A DNA stretch of 64,000 nt from an uncultured Holophagales bacterium. GTDB taxonomy: Bacteria; Acidobacteriota; Thermoanaerobaculia; Multivoradales; UBA5704. Below the pieces are notes generated by a model, which saw only the letters and a program-made list of their open reading frames with translations, did no database searches and was not told where the DNA came from. Of this stretch, positions 9,368-25,614 are shown in pieces. The stretch spans positions 160,001-224,000 of the forward strand of contig CAWJGT010000001.1 in the NCBI GenBank assembly GCA_963842525.1. The letters are read 5' to 3'. A program made the position numbers and the translations under genes. Numbering within the stretch: position 1 is the stretch's first letter; the number at the start of each line of letters is the position of its first letter.

Positions 9368-9471
9368 GCAGACGTGGGACCGGCGTTGGAATGTCCGGAG
9401 GGCCTGGAATGTTCCAGGAAGGCGAGAGGATGACGGGAGCCCTGCCGGGAGCATCGAGGGTGGAGGGGGCG

Positions 9472-9501
9472 TTGTCATCCGGGCTCCTCTTTGAGTATCA
9501 T
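9472..9501 (+). promoter_or_regulatory. Putative sigma70 promoter for the tRNA-tig operon
   Basis: TTGTCA-N18-TATCAT, ending 12 nt before tRNA-Lys. Confidence 0.5.
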
Positions 9502-9513
9502 CCGTCACGTCAC

Positions 9514-9589
9514 GGGCCGCTAGCTCAACTGGCAGAGCAGCAGACTCTTAATCTGCGGGTTGAAGGTTCGATTCCTTCGCGGCTCACCA
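9514..9589 (+). tRNA. tRNA-Lys(CTT)
   Basis: Cloverleaf with anticodon arm GCAGA-CT-CTT-AA-TCTGC, GGTTCGATTCC T-arm and CCA end. Confidence 0.95.
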
Positions 9590-9621
9590 TCTTCCTTCTT
9601 CATCTCCCCAGCGAACCCTCG

Positions 9622-9710
9622 GCGAAAGTGGCGGAACTGGTATACGCGCTAGACTTAGGATCTAGTCCCGAGAGATCGGGTTGGGGGTTCGAGTCCCCCC
9701 TTTCGCACCA
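9622..9710 (+). tRNA. tRNA-Leu(TAG)
   Basis: Anticodon arm CTAGA-CT-TAG-GA-TCTAG, long variable arm, GGTTCGAGTCC T-arm and CCA end. Confidence 0.95.
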
Positions 9711-9728
9711 GGAGAGGACGACGAGCGC

Positions 9729-11075
9729 ATGAGCGTTGTGGTTTCCCTCGAGGATGTCGGCCCCTGCCGCAAGCAGCTCACCGTCGAGGTGCCTGCCCCT
9801 GCGGTCGAGGCCGAAGAGCAGCGTGTGATCCATGAATACGGCAGCAAGGCGCGCATCCCGGGCTTCCGCAAGGGCAAGGTGCCGACCAAGCTGGTCCGCC
9901 AGCGGTTCGCCAAGGAGATCGAGCGCGAGGTCGTCGACCGCCTCCTGCCCCGCTATTGGCGGCAGGCCCAGGCCGAGAGCTCGATCGAGCCGCTGCTGCC
10001 GCCCGAGGTCGACGAGGTCCGCGAGCGCCAGCCCGGCGAGCCGCTGACCTTCGTGGCCACCGTCGAGACCCGCCCGCAGATCGAGCTGCGCAACATCAGC
10101 GACTTCGACCTGCCCAACCCGTCGATCGACCCGGGCGATATGGAGATCGACGATGCCGTGAACGACCTGCGGCGCCGCATGGGCAACTGGGTGACGGCCG
10201 ACCGCTCCGCCGTGCGGGGCGACCGGGTGGTGACCGAGATCACCTCGCTCTCGGGCGCGCACGGCGAGCCCTCCGAGGGAGCCGAGCCGCCGACCAACAC
10301 GATCACCGTCGAGCTGGGCGACGAAGCGGTCTGGGAGGAGCTCACCCTGGCCCTCTCCGGCCTCGCCGCCGGCCAGGAAACCACCTTCACGCGCCGCCAC
10401 GAGCATCCCGCACCCCAAGGAGGGGATCAACCGGAGGGCGGCGAGCCCGTCGTCCACGAGCAACCGTTCCGCGTCCGCGCCAAGGAGGTCCAGGAGCGCG
10501 AGCTGCCGCCGCTCGACGACGACTTCGCACGCAAGGTGAGCCCGCAGCTCGAGAGCGTCGAGCAGCTCCGCGAGGCGATCATCCGCGAGCTGCGGCGCGG
10601 CAAGACCGAGCAGCGCGACGAGGTGCGCCAGCGCGCCCTGCTCGACCAGCTCCGCGAGCGCCACCCGCTCGACCTCCCCCAGGGGGTCGTGCGCAAGGAG
10701 GTGGAGGGCCTGGTCCAGGACTACGCCGAGTCGCTGGCGCGGCGCGGCGTCGATCTCGACAAGGCGCAGCTCGACTGGAACCGCATCGGCGGCGACATGC
10801 TCCCCCTGGCCGAGCGGCGGGTGCACGCCCGCCTCCTGCTCGACGCCATTGCCGACGCCGAGGCGCTCCAGGTCTCGGAGGAGGAGTTCGAGCGCACCCT
10901 CGCCGCGGTGGCGCGCGCCCAGAACACCACGACGCCGGCGCTGCGCCGCTCGCTGGACGAGAACGGACGGCTGACCGCCCTGCGCCAGCAGCTCCGTCGC
11001 GACAAGACGATCCGGCACCTGCTCGGGGAAGAGCCTGCCGCGGCGGCGGCCCCCGAAGTGCCCGAGGAAGCTTAG
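9729..11075 (+). CDS. tig: Trigger factor
   Basis: '[11 protein letters not shown]' ribosome-binding motif; tRNA-Leu–tig–clpP–clpX synteny. Confidence 0.93.
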   Translation: MSVVVSLEDVGPCRKQLTVEVPAPAVEAEEQRVIHEYGSKARIPGFRKGKVPTKLVRQRFAKEIEREVVDRLLPRYWRQAQAESSIEPLLPPEVDEVRERQPGEPLTFVATVETRPQIELRNISDFDLPNPSIDPGDMEIDDAVNDLRRRMGNWVTADRSAVRGDRVVTEITSLSGAHGEPSEGAEPPTNTITVELGDEAVWEELTLALSGLAAGQETTFTRRHEHPAPQGGDQPEGGEPVVHEQPFRVRAKEVQERELPPLDDDFARKVSPQLESVEQLREAIIRELRRGKTEQRDEVRQRALLDQLRERHPLDLPQGVVRKEVEGLVQDYAESLARRGVDLDKAQLDWNRIGGDMLPLAERRVHARLLLDAIADAEALQVSEEEFERTLAAVARAQNTTTPALRRSLDENGRLTALRQQLRRDKTIRHLLGEEPAAAAAPEVPEEA

Positions 11076-11089
11076 GAGACTCTGTGAAC

Positions 11090-11686
11090 ATGCTGATTCC
11101 GATGGTGGTGGAACAGACGAACCGGGGCGAGCGCGCGTATGACATCTACTCGCGCCTGCTCAAGGACAACATCATCTTCCTGGGGCGGGCGATCGACGAC
11201 GACGTCGCGAGCCTGCTCATCGCCCAGATGTTGTTCCTGGAGGCGGAGAACCCGGAGAAGGACATTTCGATCTACATCAACTCGCCGGGCGGCTCGATCA
11301 GCGCCGGCATGGCGATCTATGACACGATGCAGTACATCAAGCCGGACGTGTCGACCTACTGCGTGGGACAGGCGGCCTCGATGGCAGCGGTCTTGCTGGC
11401 GGCTGGCGCCAAGGGGAAGCGGACCGTTCTCCCCAACAGCCGCGTCCTCATCCACCAGCCGTGGATGCAGGGCCTGGGGGGCCAGCAGAGCGACATCGAG
11501 ATCCATGCCCGGGACATGTTGATGATGCGGGACCGTCTGGATGAAATCCTGGCCTTCCATACCGGCAAGTCGAAGGAGGACATCCACCGGGACACCGACC
11601 GCGACAGGATCCTGAGCGCGACGGAAGCGGTCGAATACGGGATGGTGGACCGGGTGATGCTGCGGCGGCAGTTGGCGCCGCGGTGA
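11090..11686 (+). CDS. clpP: Clp protease proteolytic subunit
   Basis: '[24 protein letters not shown]', 'YINSPGG', 'GQAASMA', 'IHQP'. Confidence 0.97.
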   Translation: MLIPMVVEQTNRGERAYDIYSRLLKDNIIFLGRAIDDDVASLLIAQMLFLEAENPEKDISIYINSPGGSISAGMAIYDTMQYIKPDVSTYCVGQAASMAAVLLAAGAKGKRTVLPNSRVLIHQPWMQGLGGQQSDIEIHARDMLMMRDRLDEILAFHTGKSKEDIHRDTDRDRILSATEAVEYGMVDRVMLRRQLAPR

Positions 11687-11892
11687 CCCCTTTCGGGGCT
11701 CTCCGCGCACCTCTGAAGGTAAGGAGGAGCTCTCGAAACAGCAGTCCGGCCGGCCGTTTGAAGCAGCGGGCGGGTGCCGCGGAATAGGTTTCCCCGTGGC
11801 CCCTGTTTTCACTGGCAAGGTTGACACGGGTTTCGTTTGCTCCTTAGCATGACCGCAGATTCCGGTCACCAAGGCCCGCCAACGGAGGAGAA

Positions 11893-13131
<1,239 letters not shown>

Positions 13132-13154
13132 CGGCCGGAGAGATTCAGACGGAC

Positions 13155-15572
<2,418 letters not shown>

Positions 15573-15674
15573 CCTAGAGCGGAGCCGCGGAGGCCCGGCG
15601 CCGGCGCCTGCCGGCGCAACCTTCGCGGCCCCGAAACCGTTGAAAAGTCCGTTGCGGTCGGCCGGACAGGTCGC

Positions 15675-16296
15675 TTGAAGATCGAGACCGCGGAATTCGT
15701 CCGCTCCGCTCACACGAGCGGAGACTTCCAGCGGGACGGGCGTCCTGAGGTCGCCTTCGTCGGGCGTTCCAACGTCGGCAAGTCGAGCCTGATGAACCGG
15801 CTGCTGGGGCGCCGCGGGCTGGCCAAGACCAGCTCGACGCCGGGCCGGACGCGGTCGATCAACTACTTCCTGGTCAACCGGCGCTTCTGGTTCGTGGACC
15901 TGCCGGGCTACGGCTACGCCAAGGCCGGGAAGGACGAGCGGCGGGAGTGGGCGGCGCTGGTGGAGGCGTATCTCCACGCGGAGCAGCCCGAGGCCCTCCG
16001 GAAGCACCGGAAGACGGTGGTGCTGCTCGTCGACGGGAAGGTCGGGGCGACGCCGCTCGACGTGCAGGCGTACGGGTACCTGGGCAGCCTGGGAGCCGCG
16101 ATCATCGTCGTGGCGACCAAGATCGACCAGGTGCCCCGCGGCCGCAGAGTGCGCGCTCTGCGCCAGGTCCGGGAGGCTCTCGGCCTGGAGGAGACAACCC
16201 CCCTCATCGCCGTGTCCGCGCTTTCGGGCGATGGGATGAAGGAGCTTCTGGGGCGCCGTCGCGTCCCAGTTGGAATCGAGCACAAGAGAAGGATGA
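15675..16296 (+). CDS. engB: Ribosome biogenesis GTPase YihA/EngB (apparent +1 indel near 16246)
   Basis: 'GRSNVGKSS', 'DLPGYGY', 'TKID'. Removing one T at GAGCTTCTGG gives '[19 protein letters not shown]' with the stop at 16294-16296. Confidence 0.9.
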
Positions 16297-16316
16297 TTCA
16301 AAGGACGAGGAACAAC

Positions 16317-17618
<1,302 letters not shown>

Positions 17619-17627
17619 GGGGCGGCC

Positions 17628-18422
17628 TTGCCGAAGCTGCGCGTCGGCATCGTCAACTTCCTGAACAGCAAGCCGCTGGCCTGGGGCTTCCTCAAGGGGC
17701 ACCACGCCGATTTGTTCGCGCCGAGCTATCACCCGCCGGCGCAGGTGGCCCGGATGCTGAGTCAGGGGAACCTCGATGTCGGCCTCATTCCCTCGATCGA
17801 GGTGCAACGGATCCCGCGGCTGCGGGTGCTGCCGGACCTCTGTGTCGCCGCGCGGCACGAGGTGCGGAGCGTCCTGCTCGTCTCCCGCTGCGCCCCCGAG
17901 GAGATCCGCAAGGTCGCCCTCGACCAGAACAGCCGGACCTCGGTCACCCTGCTGCGCATCCTGCTGCGCGAGCGCTGGGGTCTCGACCCGGAGTACATCC
18001 ACGAGCGCCCCGACCCCGAGCGGATGCTCGCCGAGGCGGACGCCGCCCTGGTGATCGGCGACCCGGCGTTGCGGGTCGACCGCGACCGCTACCACATCGT
18101 CGATCTGGCGGCCGAGTGGCACACCCTGACCGGCCTCCCCTTCGTCTTCGCCGTCTGGGCGGTGCGGCCGGATGTGGAGCTGCCCGATCTCCCCTTCTAC
18201 TTCAAGAGCAGCCTGCGCTACGGCCTCTCGTCGCTCGACACCCTGGTGCGCGAATCGGCCGCCGAGCTGGGGCTCGACAGCGACGAGGTGCGCGCGTACC
18301 TGACCGACAACCTGAGCTTCTTCCTGCGCCGCGAGGAGATCGACGGCCTGGAGGAATTCTACCGGCGGGCCCACGCCCACGGCCTGATCCTGGAGCCGAA
18401 ACCCATCGAGTTCTGGGAGTGA
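17628..18422 (+). CDS. mqnA: Chorismate dehydratase (futalosine pathway)
   Basis: 'VNFLNSKPL', 'SRTSVTL', 'LVIGDPAL', 'TGLPFVFAVW'. Confidence 0.9.
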   Translation: MPKLRVGIVNFLNSKPLAWGFLKGHHADLFAPSYHPPAQVARMLSQGNLDVGLIPSIEVQRIPRLRVLPDLCVAARHEVRSVLLVSRCAPEEIRKVALDQNSRTSVTLLRILLRERWGLDPEYIHERPDPERMLAEADAALVIGDPALRVDRDRYHIVDLAAEWHTLTGLPFVFAVWAVRPDVELPDLPFYFKSSLRYGLSSLDTLVRESAAELGLDSDEVRAYLTDNLSFFLRREEIDGLEEFYRRAHAHGLILEPKPIEFWE

Positions 18423-18454
18423 TCCCGTCGCCTTTGAGGTAAAGTAAGGCTGTT

Positions 18455-19642
<1,188 letters not shown>

Positions 19643-19752
19643 GTAAGGGGAGCGTCGAGAAAGTTCCGGGCGACCAGTCACGGCCCTTGTCCCGGCGGAG
19701 TTGGAGTATAGCCGCCAGCTAGCTGCGGAGTTCGAGGCTACGGGCCCGCCAC

Positions 19753-22700
19753 ATGAATCTTTCCATCAGTGCCAGCGACATTGAAAAGGCCTTGGCTGAC
19801 CTTGTCTCACACGAGGAGGGGACGAGATTCCAGCGTCTGGCGGTTGTCCTCGCAAGGCAGAGGTGGAGTGAACTCATTGCGTGTGAACGCAAGTGGGATC
19901 TTGGGTTGGATGCGTACGCAGAATCCGTGCTCTCTCCTGATGGAGTCGGCAAAGGCCTTGCGTGCTCACTGACGGCCAAAATTCAGAAAATCAAGGGCGA
20001 CGCTGCCAAGATCCATAAGAACTACCCAGACGTGAAGATTTTGATCTTCGCGACGCCATCCCCCGTCACTCAGCACACAAAGAGTAAGTGGGAGAAGGAT
20101 GTCTTAAAAGAATTTGGCTACAAGCTGGTTGTCCTCTCTCGCGAGGCATTCATCGCCGATTTATTGAATCCCTCCAACGCATCGATCTGCCGAACCCTGT
20201 TGCGCATCAATGTCCCTTTTCAAGAATCAGACGGGGAGATCCTCGAGAGAGCGAGGCTTGCAGCCTACGCAGTGACAGAATCCTGGACTGCACATAGGCG
20301 ACTTGCTGGGAAGCCGATAATTGCGCTTCAAGCTGTCAAGCTCGATGAAGCAGGCAAAGAGACCATAGGTACGCTGTCGGACGAAAACATCTATGCCGCA
20401 TTGATGGAAGGTCGTCGGGTAGTGCTCGAAGCTCCTGCGGGGCGAGGCAAGACAACGACACTAATCGAACTCGCAAAACGCAGCGATTCTAAAGTTGTAA
20501 CGCTCCTAGTAGATCTGCCTGCCTGGATACACTCGCATAGAAACGTTCTTGAGTATATAGCATCATCGCCCCAATATAGGTCCCAGAGCGTCGATGTTGA
20601 CGCACTCTCCAAGCTTTCTGCGGGAACTCACTTCATCTTTCTTCTGAATGGCTGGAACGAAGTTGCGGACGCCAATGAAGCCACGAGGGTTTTGATGGAA
20701 CTAGACCGGGACTTCCCAGCAGCTGGGATCATCGTCGCAACGCGTACTCACTATGTAAGCCCGCCGCTCCCGGGATCACTCCGGGCCAGGCTTCTTCCCC
20801 TCAATCGCTCGCAGCGACGAGAGTACTTGACGCGATCACTAGGCAGCCAAGCAGAAACACTCGATTCGAAAATCGCCAATGATCCGGTGCTGGATGACCT
20901 AACTAGAACTCCGTTGTTTCTTGCGGAGGTCACGACGATCTTCCGTTCAGGTGGTTCAATACCAACAACAAAGAGGGGGGTCCTTGATGCAGTGATACGC
21001 TTGTTGGAAGGGTCTGCGGAGCACAGAGATGGACTTCATGGGCCTCCACTTACGGGCCACGCCGCTTACTATCTCGCTGAGCTAGCGACCCAAATGACAA
21101 CCCTGGGGGAGGTGTCTCTTTCAGCGGAGGAAGCGCGCCGGGCTTCTCGCATGGTGAGTGTTAGATTGCGTGATGATGGACAAATTGCGACGTTGCCAGA
21201 GCCGGCATCTGTTCTAGGCACACTTTGTGCGCATCATGTCCTGGAGAGATTCGATTATCCTCGCGTCGAGTTTCGATTCGAGCATCAACAATTCCAAGAG
21301 TTCTATGCCGCATCACTATTGAAGTCTCAACTCTTGGAAGCTATTAGAAACGACGATGAGGACGGAACTCGACGATTTGTAAGGAAATATCTGAACGAAC
21401 CGCGTTGGGAGGAGCCGCTTCTTATGATCGCCGAAGAGATCGGGGCGGCAAGTCGCGAGGCACCTGGAGACGCCGAGCTCCTCAGAGTGGGGAAGGCTCT
21501 GGTTGAAAGAGCGCTCAGCGTAGATCCTATATTTAGTGCGAAGCTTTCACGGCGCTGCGGCGCCCGCGTATGGGACAAGCTTAAAGGCCTAGTTGGCGCG
21601 CGCTTGCGTTCATGGTATCGCGTGCCCGATGCGCGTCATCGGGAGTGTGCGTTGGCAGCTATGCTTGCCACTGGTTCTGACGACTTCGCGGATGTAAGTA
21701 TACCGCTCCTCACTAGCGATAATGAACAAACGCGGCTGGCTGCATATCGTGCTGCGGGGGAATTTTACGTCTCTAGCTTGGGCTCAAACTGGAAGAATGT
21801 AGTGAGCAGATGGGGTGAGGGAGCACGCATCACGTTCGTTACTGAGTTGATCTATAGTCGTTGGGACCTTGAACCGGTTGTGCGCTTTGCCGAAGGTGAC
21901 CCAAGTCCAAGAGTTCGAACTGGCAGCGGTTGAGGCGCTAAGGTGGGTTGGATCTGAGACAGATATAACACGTCTCTTGTTCGCTCTGAATGCGGAGGAC
22001 TTTGAGGCCGCTGTTCAGCGGCTGTTGCTAGAAAGAGTACCAGTCGCTATGAGAGGCCGTGCAATTGCGATCTACCTCAAGGGATTAGAGGATTCGGCGG
22101 ATGCACCAGCGCGCCTCCGTATCATGCTCGCTCTTGACCGAGCTGGTGTTGCAAGTACTCCAGAGAAGTGGCAGGAAGAATTAAACCAGCTACAAGGCGG
22201 CCGTATGGTTGCCGACCTCGAGCCACTACTCGTAGCTTGTCTGGATATTCTTCTAAAGACAGACCCACAATGGGTCAGTCACTGGGTAGCGAGTCGGATC
22301 GTGGAGGGATCTCTATGGTGTGAAAGATGGATACACCTCGTAACGAGTGTTCCGGATTCTTTGAAGGAGCACCTCCTCGAAAGGCTAAGCGGAGAGGGGC
22401 TTCAACATCGAGAAGCGTCGGATGCGATCGCAGTTCTGGCGACAACTGCAGACGTTTCTCTAGTGAAGCATGCGTTCGGCAAGCTTCGCAATATCAGGAG
22501 TGGCCTCTCTCTCGATGATGCAGGTAATGAAGCTCGATGGGCGGTTGTCAGGCAGTTGGATGATCTAATCAGAGCTCTGCCGGCCGCCGTTGCTGTTGAG
22601 GGTTCTTTAGAGTGCCCGGCAGAGACTTTTGATGGAGTCGACTTTCTTGTATTGATCGAATTGCTAAGTTCATTTGGCCGGGATTCCCCTGATCTTAGAG

Positions 22701-24313
22701 ACGAATTGCCCGAGGAGCTGCGTGAAGACCTGCGGAGATCTTTGAAAGCAGGCATGCCGTTTGTTCTGAGCCAAGAAGACTTCAGTGGCAAGATGAAGGC
22801 GGATTTGGTATCCGCGCTGGCCCGCGTAGGGCGGCCGGAAGACATGGTCGATTTGCGCGAGCTTATCTGGGCCGATGTAGAACGGGTCCGGACAGGGCGC
22901 GAAGCCTATGCTCGTGGCGAGCGCAGCGCTATGACGAACGGCTCTTCTATGAGCTATGCTAATTGGAACGTCAGAGCCACAGTTCACCTGGATAGGGAGA
23001 CGGCCGAAGCCGTACTTGTAGAGCTCCTTCAGGCGCCCGAGTATGAGGGGGATGCTGCCCGAGCGCTTCTACTCTTGGCTAGTAGGGGTAAGTACGGTGA
23101 GGAGCGAGCGGTCTACAGGAAGGATTATAGCGGCATTTGGGAGGCGCGATCTAACAAACAGCTTGTCGGGTTTGACGAGGAACTCCGTCAACGTGCTGCG
23201 GGCGCCCTCAAGAACCGCATGCTGGCGCTTTTGGGAGAGCGGGAGGCCCAGGGACAGATTGGGGCACTCGATCATCGATTGAAACAGCTAGCCAAAGTGC
23301 TTGCTGCGCTTGATCCGCGTGACTCAGCTCAACTAGTCATGGACGTTTTAGCTTTGCCTGGCGATTGGGATGGCTGGACACGTGCCGATGCACTTAGCGC
23401 TCTACTGTTCGGCGGCGCTTCATTACCAGCAGGTCGTGTCTTTGCCGTCCTGCGTCCGACCATCGAGATGTTGCATGAGCGCTTGTACGAGAGCACCCAA
23501 AACATGGATCTACTAACGAGGTGCCTCTGTTTGCTACCGTTTGTTGACACCCCCTCCACTGGCATCGAGAGGTTACGCAGTGTCCTGTCGGAAATCAGGC
23601 TTCCGCCGTATGAGGTTCGAGAGATAGTGACAGCGCTCGGATATAGCCGCTGCAACGAGGCCTTGGCTCTGCTCCGAGAACTCGCGTGCGCTGACGGAAG
23701 TGGTCTGCGAGGTATATCGAGAGAGTGGATAGATGCTGTTGCTACAATCTCCGCCCCGGGTTCGACGGAACTATTAATGAGCTTTATAGATGCTGCAGAA
23801 ACAGGCCTCGATTGCGAGTTGGATATAGACAACTACAGCGACGAGCTGTTGGCTCGACGGCTAGCTGACGTGGTGCGTTCAGAAGCATCCATCTTGACGC
23901 GTCTATTACAACTGTGCGAAATGGAACTATCGCTAGCAAGGCGCCTGCTGCTTTCAAAGGTGATCGCGCAGGTGGGAGCCCCGGATGCGGTTTTGGCCGG
24001 CCTTAACCTAATCGACGATAATCTAACTCCGTCTGTTCCGCATGATCTAGGAAGAGCAATCGAAACAGTTGTCCTTGAGAGGCGTCCGTATGGCCAGGCG
24101 GGCAGCTTCACTCTTAGTCCACGAGAATCCAGCCAGATTAGGGCTCGGCTTTTTGCTATGGCCTTAGACGACGATAGGAGAAAGCAGTCAGCTTTTGTGC
24201 TGTTGGGACAAATTGAAGCTTGGCGCCTGCGGTTGGGAAGACCAATGGCTGAGAGTCGGCATCCGGCGTTCGATTCAGGTGAACCATGGCCGCCACTCAG
24301 GGAAGGCGAGTAA
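19753..24313 (+). CDS. Large NACHT/STAND NTPase with a nuclease-like N-terminus and helical repeats (one frameshift near 21918)
   Basis: N-terminal 'FQRL…DLGLDA…ACS'; Walker A 'APAGRGKTT'; Walker B-like 'FLLNGWNE'; 'TPLFL'; 'FEHQQFQEFYAA'. Deleting one A joins the two ORFs as 'DPSPRVRLAAVEAL'. GC is lower than the flanks. Confidence 0.75.
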
Positions 24314-24539
24314 CAGCGAGTGCCTGAGGTCGGCTTGCAGAAGGCTCACCATGGCCAATGGACTTGACGCAAAGCAATCCAAGGCTGGCTGAGATCGAAG
24401 CCGCGGCTGCCAGGGTGCGGGAGCAGGCCGGCATCCCCTCGCTGAGACCGAAGGCGATCCTGCGTCAGAGGTTCGACACCTCCGGGGAGAGAGTGCCCTG
24501 CTGACGTGGCTTGCCTGCCATGATAGTTTACCTTGTGCG

Positions 24540-25403
24540 ATGAGCATCTACGCCACCCTTTGGCGGCTCAAGTTCCCTCGCTATGGGGACGACCACACGG
24601 ACTGCGAGTGGATCGGGGTCATAGCTCAGGGCGTCCCGGCTCATATAGGCACCCCCACGCCTGGCTACGGCTACGAAGAGGGGGACCCTTATTCGAGCTT
24701 CCTGCCGCCCGCCATAGAGGCTTCCCCCAATGAGGAGGGCCGCTTACTTCGTGCGGTGGTGATCGTCACCGAGGGAACACCCAAGGGGACGGAGCGTTCC
24801 GTACAGGAGTACGTCAACCCGCTCCTGACCCTGTCCGGAAAGGCATATGCCACCCTGTTGTTCGGGGAACTCCACGAGAGGATCTGCAACGCACTGCGAG
24901 GCGGCCAGCCGCGCTGGATCGCGGAGTCATGGAACTCGGACGGCAACGTCCAGCTCTTGTTCGAGGACGGCTCGTCGAAGGTCATCCGGCCGAGGCCTGA
25001 GAGACCGCGGAACCAGACCAACTCCCTCGCGGCCCTCCCTAAGCCGTCCCCAGGCGCCCCTCTCCAGCAACTGCACGACCCTGTGACTGGTCGCCTGGAC
25101 GCTTCGAAAGTGGCGGACTATCTCAGTGTGCCACTCAACCAGCTCTCGGGAGCACTGGGGAAGAATTATTCGTCGGTCCACAAGACCCCGGCGGCCGTGT
25201 CCCTCCAGCCCCGACTGCGCTCGATCAAGAGAATCCTCGAAATCCTGGAGCAGGTCTTTCCAAGTCGTTCCTCGGTGCTCGCCTGGCTCAACTGTCCGCA
25301 CCCGGACCTGGGAGGGCGGACACCTCTTGCAGTGATCCTCGAAGGATATCCTGATGCCGTCGAGGACATGCTTGAAGGGGCGCTACTGGGAATCCCCTCC
25401 TGA
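24540..25403 (+). CDS. Hypothetical N-domain fused to an Xre/MbcA/ParS-type antitoxin domain
   Basis: C-terminal 'AWLNCPHPDLGGRTPLAVILEG…V..MLE' (DUF2384-like), preceded by an HTH-like segment. Confidence 0.65.
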   Translation: MSIYATLWRLKFPRYGDDHTDCEWIGVIAQGVPAHIGTPTPGYGYEEGDPYSSFLPPAIEASPNEEGRLLRAVVIVTEGTPKGTERSVQEYVNPLLTLSGKAYATLLFGELHERICNALRGGQPRWIAESWNSDGNVQLLFEDGSSKVIRPRPERPRNQTNSLAALPKPSPGAPLQQLHDPVTGRLDASKVADYLSVPLNQLSGALGKNYSSVHKTPAAVSLQPRLRSIKRILEILEQVFPSRSSVLAWLNCPHPDLGGRTPLAVILEGYPDAVEDMLEGALLGIPS

Positions 25404-25473
25404 GTGCTTCCTGAACGCGACCTCCGGGACGCTCTGCTTTGTTTGCCGCTCAGGTGCCCCTCAGGGCCTTTGT

Positions 25474-25542
25474 TGTCCTGTGCGACGGCCGGCTCGCTGC
25501 TGATAGGCCGCACGGAGCACCTCGACGAGCCGATCGTCCACC
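25474..25542 (-). repeat. Diverged copy of the 3' end of the DUF1028 gene (27677-27745)
   Basis: Encodes VDDRLVEVLRAAYQQRAGRRTGQ versus VDDRLVEALRAAYQQRAGRRAGQ. Confidence 0.85.
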
Positions 25543-25614
25543 TTGGCGAGATCTGTCCGCAATAGTTGACGGCTGGCGTCACGGCGGAGTAGGGTTCCCG
25601 GCCAGACTCCGGCC

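Noticed and set aside
9514-9710. tRNA-anchored prophage or genomic island
   Set aside because: No integrase or duplicated tRNA 3' end was seen, and the tRNAs run directly into tig.
9956-11089. Long N-terminal extension of ClpP
   Set aside because: An alternative frame overlapping tig. ClpP starts at 11090 after a GGAG RBS.
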